A DNA stretch of 64,000 nt from Gekko japonicus (Eukaryota): positions 398,261 through 462,260 of the forward strand of contig NW_015167081.1 of assembly GCF_001447785.1 (NCBI RefSeq). Reading direction: 5' to 3'. Positions 1 through 11,699 of the stretch are shown here, one piece after another. The translations under genes and the position numbers were made by a program. Under the pieces are notes generated by a model. It saw nothing but the letters and a program-made list of their open reading frames with translations. It was not told the DNA's origin and did no database searches. Numbering within the stretch: position 1 is the first letter of the stretch; every line of letters begins with the position of its first letter.

Positions 1-94
1 TATTACTGTTTGCATCTGTTAAATCATTTCATTATATTGCATGCTAATTTGCTGTTCTACCTCTTCCTTATATGTTTGGACTAGTACATTCTAT

Positions 95-200
95 TTCACT
101 GTGTTTGAGGAAGTGTGCATGTGCGTGCATAAGAAAGCTCATACCTTAAATAAAACTTTGTTGGTCTTAAAGGTGCCACCGGACTCAAACTTTGTTTTAA
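95..200 (+). mobile_element. Penelope-like element terminal remnant
   Basis: GAGGAAGTGTGCATG...GAAAGCTCATACC...AATAAAACTTTGTTGGTCTTAAAGGTGCCAC; related remnants at ~49800-49950, ~59800-59900, ~61640-61850 and ~63760-63925. Confidence 0.6.
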
Positions 201-305
201 CTTTCGATTGTTACAGGAATTTATGTTGCCCCTTGTCCTGATTTTTTCTTTCCCATTTCCTTTTCTTGACTAAACTTGTAAAAGCAATTTCAGCAATAGA
301 CTTAC

Positions 306-343
306 ATGGATACACCAAAGTTTTCTTCTTCTAAAGTCTCCAT
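306..343 (-). CDS. ARL2BP: ARL2BP (ARL2-binding protein, BART) first coding exon, METLEEENFGVS(x); gene continues left of the window
   Basis: Matches the recalled ARL2BP N-terminus (MDALEEESFALS). Donor AT|GTAAGT at 305. Acceptor TTTTTTTTTGTCAAACAG at 358-360 gives an exon of 306-357. Synteny downstream of RSPRY1 agrees. Confidence 0.85.
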
Positions 344-496
344 TGCTGCTTTGTCACCTGTTTGACAAAAAAAAAGTATAAACACCTTGACTTGACAGTG
401 GATGTTAGCCACCCTTCTTTCAATGCTCAAGGCTATCAGCAAACAATGGAGCTGATCCGGAAGTCTGATGTCAGTGATCCCCAGCAACCATTTGTG

Positions 497-605
497 GGGA
501 AGGGCCATGGCTCAATGGTAGAACAGCAGCTTTGTAGGCAGGGGGTCCCATGTTCAAACCCTGGCATCTACAGTTAAGAGGACCAGTTGATATGAAAGAC
601 CTCCA
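497..605 (+). mobile_element. tRNA-derived Squam2-type SINE, 5' half (interrupted by a LINE)
   Basis: A-box TGGCTCAATGG, B-box GTTCAAACC; the body resumes at 6082. Confidence 0.7.
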
Positions 606-904
606 ATTTGGCTCGGATCTGGTGCGGGAGGTTCTGGTTTGGAGAGAGCAAGACGCTGCTGCGCTCTGCTTATGTAGCTTTTTATTTATTTTATTACCAC
701 TGTTCTCTCTCTCTTTTCTGGCAGCTTATCTTCCTAATCTTGTAGTTTAACTGGGTCTCTATTTAGATGTGGAAGGGAGGGAAGGACTAAGGAACTTCCT
801 GGGTTGTGTTTTGTCTATGCTCCGGTTTGCTATTTTACTTATCTATTTAGTATTCATTTTAACTTAAAAGACCTCATTAGTTCCTGGAGTAAGAAGAACT
901 GTAG

Positions 905-1200
905 GAGGCAGTTAGTGTAGTGGTTTGGTGTAGTGGTTAAGTGTGCGGACTCTAATCTGGGAGAACCGGGTTTGATTCCCCACTCCTCCACTTGCACCTG
1001 CTGATGTGACCTTGGGTCAGTCACAAGCTCTGGCACAGCTGTTCTTGAGAAAGAGCAGTTTGTGTCAGAGTTCTCTCAGCCCCACCCACCTCACAGGGTG
1101 TCTGTTGTGGGGAGGGGAAGGGAAAGGAGTTTGTAAGCCGCTCTGAGACTCCAAGTGAAGGGCGGGGTATAAATCCAATCTCTTCTTCTCTCTTCTTCTT
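905..1200 (+). mobile_element. Squam3 (gecko Squam3B-like) tRNA/CORE SINE nested in the LINE
   Basis: Head TTTGGTGTAGTGGTTAAG...GGTTTGATTCCCC, CORE-like CTCTCAGCCCCACC.ACCTCACAGGG, (CTT)n tail; many copies in the window. Confidence 0.85.
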
Positions 1201-4200
1201 TTACAGCATTGGTATTTAGACTCCTTGGGACTTTATCTCATTATGTAGATAAGGCTAACACTGAACTTGTGGTTAATTGCTACATTGGTGTTATGTTGGA
1301 GTGGAGAGGGGTTGTTAGTAACTGAAAGACTGATTTTGATAGGAGGATTTATTCTGGTAGGGTGAGATTGTTTTACCACCATGTTTCTACATTTTCTATA
1401 TTTTATACAAATTAGTAAGAATGCTAAATGAGGCTGATGCAGAGCTGTGTGACTTGGGAAACGAGAATGGAGAACTGTGGTGAGGAATTTATATACTGTG
1501 TGACTTGTCTTACTGATCCTTGTAAGGGATAGGTTTAATTAACTGCAACATTGTTGTGTATGTTTAAACTGCAGTTTTAACCAACGTGTTAATGATAGAA
1601 TTAACTGATAGAGACCTTTTACAGTTTTATATTTCACTACAAATTGGTACCATATTTTGATTCCTGATTAAACATGGGAAAGAAGAGAGAATGTCTTTTT
1701 ATGGACTCTTAACCAATTAGTAAGAGCAAATTAGATTACTATTTTGCTCTTGTTTCCCCATTAATAATGAATAAGGTTGCAGAACAGGAAAAGGGCATAT
1801 TAGCATTGGAATGAAATATTGGAATGAAAAAAGATTATTTGTACTCACATTCCTCAAACTTTTTATTCAATACTGATATTGACACTGATATTGTAAATTT
1901 GAAAAAGAATATTGGTAGGAATGCTGAAAACCTAAAACACATAAAAGATTAGGAGATTTAACTCTATTGGCCATCAGACTTTACTACTTGCTGACACCTT
2001 AAATAAGATTTACTGTGAACTGGATGAACTTTCTTCCCAAATAAAATTTTTGATGAGTACAGAGGACGGGATTCACAAGGTTCAGTCAAAGATGAACTTA
2101 TTAACTGGTAGACGTATGTAAGGAACCTTAATTTTTCCCTGGATCCATACAGAGTAGTATTAACAATCTCTCCTTTTAATTTTAGGAGGATTTGGTGGTT
2201 CCCAAGGTCATCAGCAAAAAAAATTGAGCATTTTGTTCAATTTACATTATAACTAAGGTGATTTGAAATTCATTGATAAATTTCCAAATCCTCATGGTAA
2301 TGATCACTATTTGCTTCAATTTACTCACCAAGAATTCCTCATAGAATTATGTCACATATACCCTACTTGAATAGTTATGGAATATTTCCCACTAGATCCT
2401 ACAAGCAAACCGAGGTTTTACCTTTACTACAACTGAAGAAGTCTGTCGAGCTTGCAAGCACCTCATATATAGGACTTACATCAAAGAACTTATTCGGAGG
2501 GGGTAAAAGAGTGAATTCTCCCCCACTGCCAACATGTAAAGTGGAATACAAGAACAGAGAAAGAGATCAATTACTCTCTATATAAGAAATAAAGGCTTTT
2601 CCTGAAAGTCATTAGCAAGTAGAACAAACAGAAAACGAACTATTGACTTCATTTAGACATTTTCCGCAGTCTGAGAAAGAGCATCTTATTACATGGCTAC
2701 AGAGACTGTGTGAAACTCTCAAATATGACACTGATCCATCTTTTCAGATGAGGAACAGCACTACTTGCCACATTGATAATAATGGCACTGCTAAGGAGGG
2801 GTCCTCTCTTGATATTACAGTTACACCACAGACAATGCCAGTTAAATGATTAAGTAGCAAGCCTTTGACTGTGAGACCAGTACAGCTTTTGGATTCAGAT
2901 GTGACACCCCAGAGATTATATCCCCTATTGACTGACAGGAGAGGGGAAGAGGGGGTTAGGTGCTCAACTGGAACCAAAGGAGGTGGAGTTTGCAGAGGAG
3001 GTGCAGCAACAAAATCCCCCAGACAATATTTCTGACCTACTCTGGCAGCCAGAATGATGCAATATTACATCTAAAAAGGAGAATATTATCATGGAATGTG
3101 GCAGGATGGACTAACAAGAGCGATGAGGCAAATATAACAGACTACCTCAGGAGTTTTGATATAATATTACAAGAGACCCAGTGGACTTCTGAATGTTTTC
3201 TTTCAGGCTTTAGGGACTACAGGCGGTCAGTGAGTGGTCATTTACCACTACATTTAATCCTCCAAATTCAGTAAGGTGATAATATGGGTATTAAATTTAA
3301 TCCCCACACTGTTATTAGGGATTTTTGGCCACGTGCTCTTAGATGGACAGATGAAATATCAAATAACACAGCTGAGACATATCTAACTATAGCATGTGCC
3401 CAGTTAAAAGACGGAATTAAGTTTTCATCCTCTATTAATTGGTTTATTTATTAATTGGTTTATTCATGTTATTTCATCCATGTTACACTAAGTTGTTTTG
3501 GCACTAGAGAAATTACCCACTGAAAGTGGTTTAATGAAGACTGGCGTACACTGAAATGTGCAATGCGTTATGCTTTCTGGCAATTTAGGAAGTCCAATGC
3601 CTGGGGAAATGTGGATATCTTACTTTGAAGCAAGAGTAAAAAAGTCTCATTAAGGAATCCAAGAGAATGGCACAGTTTGAAAGCTGGCATAATTCAATTC
3701 ATTTGATAGAGACAAAAAAATACAACTTTCTGGTCCTTGATATCTAATGGACTTAATAAACCTTGACCTTTAGTTTTTCATATGTCCTCAATGGTTTGGG
3801 AAGAATTTTATAGGGATTTGTATAACGCCACCTCGGAGGGCCTTGGAATGTCTGAAATTAATCAGGAAGGTTTGCCAATTTGGCCATCACTAACCAAGAA
3901 TGAAATATGTGGACTGATTCAGTTCCCCCCTTGTGGTAAAGCACTGGGGAATGACTACATTCCCAGTGATTTGTTTAAATCAAATCCAGAGCGGTGGGCA
4001 GATATACTACCTCTTATCTTTATTCAGGTTAATAGGANNNNNNNNNNNNNNNNNNNNNNNNNNNNNNNNNNNNNNNNNNNNNTATATATAAGAAGGGTGA
4101 CTGTTGCGATCCAGCAAATTACAGACCAATAAGCATTCTGCCAGTTATAGGCATGCAAAATATTTCTCGATTAAATTGACTTTATGGATGTATGAACACA

Positions 4201-5360
4201 ATGTTATGGGCTGCAAACAGGCAGGTTTTCGTACTGGGTTTTCAATAATTAATCATTGTTATGCTCTTTGGTTTTTGGTGGAAAAGTATTCACATTTTTC
4301 TAAGGGTTATTTGGCAGTTGCATTTATACATTAAAAGTCTGCTTTCGATACTATTTCTCTTGCACATCTATGGAGGAAATTACAGTGGACTTCTATTGAT
4401 TCTCAGCTTTTAGTTTTGATTCTGGTTCTCATACCTCAATCTGGTGCGGAGGTAAGGGAGAGCTTACAGTGAAAATCCCATTGAGACGAGGAGTAAAACA
4501 GAGCTATGTTCTTGCTCCTCAGTTACTTAATTTATATATACATGATCTGAAGAAACACCTTTTAGATGCAAGTCATCACTCTCCCTCTTTAAGTAATCAA
4601 AGTATCCCTGTTTTGTTGTATGTGGACAATACAGATCTATTATTGAGGTCAGTTACTGGTCTCAGGAAGAAGTTGAAGGCTTATTCTAAATGCTGTGTCA
4701 GGAGGAGAAACTTCCTATCAATTTTGATAAAACAAAATTTTGGATATTTCAGTCTGTTCACCATTTTTAGCATTGGAAATTAGATGGAAGACCAACAGAA
4801 CAGGTCTCTCAGTATCGTTATCTGGGGGTCCAATTTCATGCTCGTAATGCTTGGCACTCTCATATCTCACATTCTATTAGATCGGCAGTGGTCATCTCAC
4901 AATTCTACATGAATGGCCACTGCGGCCCAGGCAGCAAAAATAGAAGCACAGTTGAGCACAACTGCTATATGATGTTGTGACGACCACTTATTTGGATTGA
5001 AGGGATTGTGGGGATAACAGATAAATTTGATAGGCTGTTGTTACATTTTTTGTGCACAATTACTAATGCCCCCACATGTATTGCTGGAATTGTCCTATAC
5101 ACACAGCTGGGCCAAAACTCCTTGGAGGCATGGATTAGAGCTTTAAAGTATTGTGTCAGGACCTTTAACTCTGAAATGGGTTATGGGTTGTTGCCACTTA
5201 TTCGTAAAGATTCTTTTACATCATCATGGGAAAAACTTATGGATTCTAAGTCATCTACTTTGAATTTGTCAATGGATGTGATTGCCAGTTCACCTACCAA
5301 TGGGTTTTATAAAATAATCAAGGACCATATTTTAAAACGGGACTATAATAGTACAGTTTG

Positions 5361-5624
5361 AGAGGCAGTTTGGTGTAGTGGTTAAGTGCGTGGACTCTAA
5401 TCTGGTTTGATTCCCCACTCCTCCACTTGCACCTGCTGGATGACCTTGGGCAAGCCGTAGTTCTGATAGGAGCTGTCCTTGAAAAAGAGCCGTTTCTGTC
5501 AGAGTTCTCTCAGCCCCACCTACCTCACAGGGTGTGGGGAGGGGAAAGGAAAGGAGTTTGTAAGCCACTCTGGGACTCCCTTGGGTAGTGAAGGGCGGAG
5601 TATAAATCCAATCTCTTCTTCTTC
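5361..5624 (+). mobile_element. Squam3 SINE nested in LINE ORF2
   Basis: Same head, body and tail as 905-1200. Confidence 0.85.
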
Positions 5625-6081
5625 TACATGTGTTTGCATCTGACGAGTTTGCTCTCCTATTGCGCTACCACTACCTTTTCAACATAAAATACCAAAACAT
5701 GTATACACATTGAAGGTCCCCAAGTTACGACGAGCCTTTATGATGGCCCGAAAGCATGCTTGACCATCAGCTGGACGATAGTCAAGAATTTCCTATTCTG
5801 ACAGAATTGGCTCATGCTCTGCAGGAAGAATTGAGACTATAGCACATACTGTATTTGACTGCCCGTCGAGAGCTGAAGCTAGGAAGAAGTTTCTTTTGCC
5901 TTTATTTTCTCTAATCCCAGAGTCTAGTATGACTATTGAATCAAAGATTAGTTGGCTTCTTTCAGATTCTGATTTCAATGTTACCTTCTGTACGGCAAAG
6001 ATTTTTTGATCCTCTATACTGATTGTACCATTGCTGTGTTGTAGCCCATGTGGCTTTTAACAGCATAATTAAAGTAAAGTG

Positions 6082-6185
6082 AGACCTCCATCTGAGAACC
6101 TGGAGAACCACTGCCACTCTAAGCAGACAATACTTAGATGAACCAATGGTCTAATTCAGCATAAGGCAGCTTCATGTGTCTAATT
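6082..6185 (+). mobile_element. Squam2-type SINE, 3' half
   Basis: CTGGAGAACCACTGCCA...GACAATAC...CCAATGGTCT...ATAAGGCAGCTTCATGTG continues the 497-605 SINE. Confidence 0.7.
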
Positions 6186-6649
6186 CATTGATGAAGAAAA
6201 GGCACTCTGCATCTGATCTAGTGGTACTAGCCATATGTTCTAATTACCTGCGTGTCATAAGAGCAGTTGGGTACCTTGTGTCAGCTAGTTGTGGGGGTCC
6301 TCTGACGGCCAAAAACAAGCTTTTTACAACTGGATTTTGACTGGGCTGGGGAGGGGGGAGGAGAAGGTCCAGAATAATTTCTGAACTCATAACAGAAATC
6401 ACAGGAGCTGGGCAGGATTGCCAGACACATTCTCATTTAATCAACAGCTTCAACCACTCTACCATTTCATCTGCCACGTGTCTGGCAGAAGGGACAGAGC
6501 TGAGTCCTGAGGCCTCCACAATACGCATCTAGCTCAATATTGTGTATACACTAGCGAAAATAGCTGAGCACAATGGAAAGTTATACCTTTATACCAGGGG
6601 TGAAGAAAGCAGATTAGGGATATATTTCTCTCTCACAATGCCAGAACTT

Positions 6650-6830
6650 TTTAAATTTACTTCATTTATACCCCACCTTTCTCCCCAGTGGAGACCCAAA
6701 GCAGCTTACATTGTTCTCCACTCCACTGGAGAAAATTAAGCGGAGGGTGTGTGTCTGGCCCAAGGCTACCCAGCAAACTTCCAGAACAGAGTGGGGATTT
6801 GAACCTGGGTCTTCCTAGTTTGACATTCTT
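6650..6830 (-). mobile_element. Older Squam3/MIR-like SINE
   Basis: Reverse-strand tail TTTATACCCCACCTTTCTCCCCAGTGGAGACCCAAAGC and B-box GGATTTGAACC; similar copies at ~14070-14235, ~17085-17290, ~50110-50310 and ~60550-60745. Confidence 0.6.
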
Positions 6831-7539
6831 ATTCTATTATGGATAGTTGATTCAGGATACCAAATCCAATATATAGTGAAGTTATAGAACCCATTTACAC
6901 TGTAAGGAGAGTACCACTAGTTTAGATGGCTTGAAAAGGAAAAGGAACAAACCCATGGAGAAAGACTGGTTTACCAGTCACAATTAGCTGTGACGGCCAA
7001 ATTAAAATGCTATTTTAACTATTGTGGCTAATGGCCATAGGTAGAACAAACCTCCTCCATAAATTCATATTGAGACAGTTTCCTTCTCAGTGCCAGGGAT
7101 GAGAGGGAAGTGGCACCAGTGGACTGTCAGCGCCTTCACGTCCTGCTTGGGAACCTGTTTCACCACAGGTGGAAACAGGATACTGAATTACACAGCTTGC
7201 TCCTTATGTGCCTGCGACCCAAGATATAACTCAAATATAACTGCCTTCACATAGGCAGCATACCTCTGGGTAATATTATCTTGGGGAAACAGGTGGGGAA
7301 GGCTACTGCCCTCATGGTAACCTATGGGCCTCACTCCCCAAATCTACTGAAGATCTCTAGTTAGTCTTTACCGCGCCACGACTCCTCTGTAGCTTGACTG
7401 CAACAAACTAACAAGGCCACCCCTCTGAAGTTATGCACTTGCTAGCGAGAAAAGTCGGGAATGGAGCCTCCATGTACAGAGGCAGCATACTTCTGAATAA
7501 CAGACCCTTTGGGCAACAGGGGCGGAGGACTGCAACCTT

Positions 7540-8060
7540 CATACCATGGTTCGCGGGCTCCGCAGGGGCGTCTGCTCAACTACCACTCGGAAAAGGCCGT
7601 TGGATAGACAGGCCCTTGGCCTAATCCAGGCGGGCTCCACTTCTGTCACCGAGTCACGTCCACATCCCCCAAACCCTCCCTTACCAACGCAAGCTCATAC
7701 CCGCCGTCCAGGCAACGCAGCCGGCTTACTCCGCAGTCCAAAAAAGAGGAGCGAGGCCTCGTCCGCCCCCATAAGATCCGTTACAGAACACCGTTTCCCT
7801 CCGCCTCCGGTTGCCCTGGGAACGACCAGTTCCGCCACCGCCGTTCCGCATTCTTTGACCAATAGGCGTCAAAAGAGAAGCGCCAATCAGAAAGAGGGCT
7901 GAGCGGGGCTTTCTTTTTCTGTCCAATGAGTTGTGGAAGGACAGAGCCAAATCAAACAGGCCGGGTTTGGGTTCTTTCCCTGTTGATCGACCTCGCGGTG
8001 ATACCCTGTCGGCTGGGAGATGATGGGGGGCGGGGGGCGCTAGAGAATCTGCAAATTGCA
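7540..8060 (-). promoter_or_regulatory. ARL2BP: CpG-island promoter and probable non-coding exon 1 of ARL2BP
   Basis: Local CpG/GC enrichment; three CCAAT boxes (~7859, ~7883, ~7923); GC boxes; X-box at 7810-7823; candidate minus-strand donors GTAAGC (7729), GTATGA (7700) and GTAAGG (7684). Confidence 0.75.
7810..7823. promoter_or_regulatory. RFX X-box motif GTTGCCCTGGGAAC
   Basis: 2 mismatches to the palindromic X-box GTTGCCATGGCAAC, inside the promoter of a ciliary gene. Confidence 0.6.
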
Positions 8061-9223
8061 ATAATTGCTGGCAGCAGGAGCCAGGCTTTGTCCGTTTCAA
8101 GATAGCACTACGCGATGTGTTAAACTCTCGTTCACACATGGTAGAATGCCAGTTCAGACTGCAAGTGATGGATTCCAGCTTTAAATTTTCTTCACGTAAA
8201 AACAATCCAGCGAACTGGAAAGCTAGCGAAGTAGGGAGCAACGACCTGCTCCTCTCTTTGACTTCCAGTGCCGTTTTCCTGTTTGCAGGGTGAATGAATA
8301 ATTTATTGCGGTTCACGACCAGGTGCATATTTGTAGGGCGGTTTCCAGGGGAGCATCCAGAAATGTGATATGCAGTTTGCTAAAGTTATTCTGCTTTCTC
8401 AGATCTCCTGTGCGCAGCCTCAACCCCATATACAGAAAGCCAGTTCCCGTCTCATGGTGAAAGATAAGGCAGGGGGGAAACATCTTGGTGTTATCACATA
8501 ACTGCTGCAAATTAAAAGATAATTTTAACTAGGGGAGAGACGGGTAAAAGGGAAGCTCTTCCACTCCACTCGCATATGGCTAAGTGTATATATAATCCCC
8601 AGCATATATATATGTTCTTTTCAAAAGTAAAATTTCTTTTAAATGCACCACTGTCAACTTTTACAGGTGCCCAGTTCCAGTAATAAATGTAAGAAAATGC
8701 TGGAACAACCAGAAGAGCTGGAAGGGGGCGGGGAGAAGAGAACGTCTTGCAGGTAGCAATGAGTTCAGCAGTATCACTCACCTTTGGAAAAAAATCACTT
8801 TTATTCTGTGGAAGTGTGGGCTTGCTTACCTGGGAGTAAGCCCCATGCACCTCACCTGGACTTAATTCAAAGTAGACATGCTTAGGATTGGCTTAAGCAT
8901 TTATTATTGACAAGGTTGTCCCACTAATTACTTGATGAAACTGAAAACTGCCATTTATTTCAGCCTCTTAAGCTTTATCGTGTGTATCTTCCTATAGATA
9001 ACCTGTTGAGTAGCCACACAGAGCACAGCCAGGTGGACACAGGACACCTCTCTTCTTGTAGACAAAGTCTATTTTTATTATAGGAATGCTTAGCATGGTC
9101 TTTGGGATTGCTCTTGCCTGTAGCAGCTGTTCTCTCCATACTGTGGCTACAAAAACATCTCCAGTGTCTGCTCCCAGATGGTTTTTAGTTTAATGGTTTG
9201 AAAAAATAATGATTCCATTTAGG

Positions 9224-9378
9224 AAGAAGAGCAGGCACCTTGTGAGGTAGGTGGGGCTGAGAGAGCTCTGAGAGAACTGTGACTGGCCTAACAGGCTTCA
9301 TGTGGAGGAGTGAGGAATCAAACCCGATTCTCCAGATTAGAGGCTGCTGCTCTTACCCATTACACCATACTGGCTCTC
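9224..9378 (-). mobile_element. Squam3 SINE (partial)
   Basis: Reverse complement of head and CORE. Confidence 0.75.
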
Positions 9379-10016
9379 TAGGAGGGCTGTCTCTCGGTGG
9401 GAGTATAACACATGCTTTCATGACCAAGGTTCAGTCCCTGCCATTTCCAGCTAGAGTCTTAAGAAAGAACCACAAACAACTGTGGAGAGTGCGTCAAACA
9501 CTAGAACTGTCCCCTTTGAAATCTGGCCCTAACATTGCACTCTAATTTTGTGATTGTTAGCAAATGTGTGCCAAAGCATTGCATGGAGATGAAAAAGTAC
9601 ATCTGGAGAAAAATCAAATGCCATGATTCCGGGAGGCAAAGATGTTATGTGAAGAAATTGTCTCATGATGTAGGACCAAACACACTACCTAAATCTATAA
9701 AGTGCAAAGGTTGACTTTCTGAGTAGAGAGTACATGGCCTGGATCCCATGCAATAATACTTTCAAACCACACAAACCTCAAAATATACTTCTACTTCCCA
9801 TTCTCCTGGGGAAAAAGAATGAAAGTTCTTGGCTCCTAGACCTAAGGCACATTCAGCAATCCCTGGAAAACCACCCAGCAGCTCAAAGTAATACCAAACT
9901 TTCATCTAAAGGAAGGAAGTTTCCCCAATCTAAAGGGGCCCTCAGAATGGGAATGCATTGATGAGTGCTAACCCAACATCTTTCAATCAATTCATTTAAA
10001 CTGTTTAATAGTCTAC

Positions 10017-10745
10017 GGCTGTGGTCACACAGAGCATTAGCCACACTACAGAGACGGAAGATAGGCGGATTTTCCGGGTGCGATCACAGTGCCACATCTG
10101 GGAAGCGTAGAGCTCCCGTGGCTCACCCGAGGTTTCCCGCCGAAGATGCGGGGTAAAAAACTAGTACCTCTAAGGTACTAGTTTCCGGAAACCGCGGGGC
10201 AAGGGCGGGTGCCTGATCGCGTTTCCAGTGGAAGGTTGTGGCATCCTGCGCCCGCCCATGTCCCGTTGCTAAAAGTTTTTTTAAAAGTCTCCATTAGATG
10301 CGCACAAGCACCCAACGGCGCATGCGCACACTTTGTTTAAAAACAAACAACACAGCCCCCTCCTCTTTTCCGTACCCCCCCCCCACTCCTGGCTCGGCCT
10401 GCTCCAGAGGAACTCTCTGCACCGGGCAGCAGAGGGTGAGATGCAGGGGGGGCGTGGCGGGAGTGCGGCCCGGCTGAAGCTCCTCCTCGAGGGGACCTGA
10501 CGGAGGACACAATTTGCATTCCTCTGCAACCCTGGAAGGGGTTAAACCCGCGGAGCCTTTTGCTAGGGAGGTCGCTTCTTTGCCACGCCGCAGGATTGTC
10601 CTGTGATTGGCACCTCCCCCCTAACCACGGGACCTCGACAGGACCTCAACGGGACATCTGATCGCACAGCCGCACGTTATTTTGCTCCGGGGCAAACAGT
10701 CCCCCCCCCCCCCCCCCGCATTTTCCTGCCCATGTGACCCGGGCC
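10017..10745. mobile_element. GC-rich non-autonomous DNA transposon (PIF/Harbinger-like MITE)
   Basis: Imperfect TIRs GGCTGTGGTCACACAG / CCATGTGACCCGGGCC; shares sequence and the ACTAGTACCT-N3-AGGTACTAGT palindrome with 61857-62222. Confidence 0.7.
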
Positions 10746-11113
10746 TGAGTGGACAAAAGACCTCAATGAACAGGAGCGTTGTACGGTGTCGCAGTCATCA
10801 GAGGGCAAGCCTTGTGTTCAAGAAGACAGTTGTAATGGTGGGGGTGTCAAAAGCAGTGCAGGCAATTTTGAGACATGGAGCTGCTACTGGTGCTCTTTCA
10901 GAAGTGAAAAGTAAGAGTAGGTCCTTTTGAAATGACCCATGGCAGTTGCAAATAACCCACCTTTTACTTCTTTTTGTATTTGGCAGTTGTGCCATCGATG
11001 CTATCATAGCAACTTTTGAGGGAGAAAAAGGTGGAGGAGAATCCACTTGAAGCTTACCCCGTGGGATTTTTTTATTCCCCTCCCCCAGCAAATACTCATG
11101 TTCCTATCATAAA

Positions 11114-11455
11114 GGTAAAGGTAAAGGTTCCCTCGCTCGAAAGCCAGTCGAATCCGACTCTAGGGTTGCGGTGCTCATCTCCGTTTCAAAGCCGAAGAGC
11201 CAGCGCTGTCCGAAGACGTTTCCGTGGTCATGTGGCCGGCGTGACTAAACACCAAGGTGCACGGAACGCTGTTACCTTCCCACCGAAGTGGTCCCTATTT
11301 ATCTACTTGCAATTTCTTGCTTTCGAACTGCTAGGTTGGCAGGAGCTGGAACCAGAGACGGGAGCTCACCCTGTCTTGCGGCACCCGGGTCTTGAACTGC
11401 TGACCTTCCACAGCCTGCAGTTCAGCGTCTTAACCACTTGAGCCACCGCAGCTCC
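11114..11455 (-). mobile_element. Full-length Sauria SINE (Squam1)
   Basis: tRNA-like head, (ACCTTT)n tail, perfect 14-bp TSD GTTCCTATCATAAA at 11100-11113 and 11456-11469. Confidence 0.92.
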
Positions 11456-11699
11456 GTTCCTATCATAAACTGCTTTTAAAAAAATCCCTTCAGTTTCAAA
11501 ATAATGGGAAAAGTACAAGTGCAGGGATACACAGTGGAAGACACAACTATCTGCAGAATTTTCTAAAGCCTGCTCAGGGGTTGTAAAGGAAGAAGCCAAT
11601 GTCGACAAAAATGAAATTGAAGACTTATTTCCAAGCAAATGTATTTGGGACAGAAGTGTAAAATTGTGAACTGAAACTGAGAAGGACCAGATCTAAGGC

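Larger units (their letters stand above)
606..6081 (+). mobile_element. Near full-length, decayed non-LTR retrotransposon, probably RTE-X clade
   Basis: APE start ILSWNVAGW...IILQET (~3080-3180); RT pieces GKALGNDYIP, IYKKGD..ANYRPIS, QAGFRTG, GVKQSYVLAPQLLNLYI, LLYVDN; C-terminal Cys/His knuckle (~5810-5865); many stops and frameshifts; 9-bp TSD AGACCTCCA (597-605 and 6082-6090). Confidence 0.85.

Noticed and set aside
905-990. tRNA-like A/B boxes at many sites
   Set aside because: SINE heads continuing into SINE bodies; no complete cloverleaf, so no tRNA gene called.
7726-8328. 200-aa minus-strand ORF over the ARL2BP promoter
   Set aside because: No recognisable domain; stop-poor GC-rich promoter sequence; non-ATG start.
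11016-11441. Recurring ORF 'LESQSNPTLGLRCSSPFQSRR...' in five places
   Set aside because: Antisense reading of Sauria SINE copies, not a gene family.
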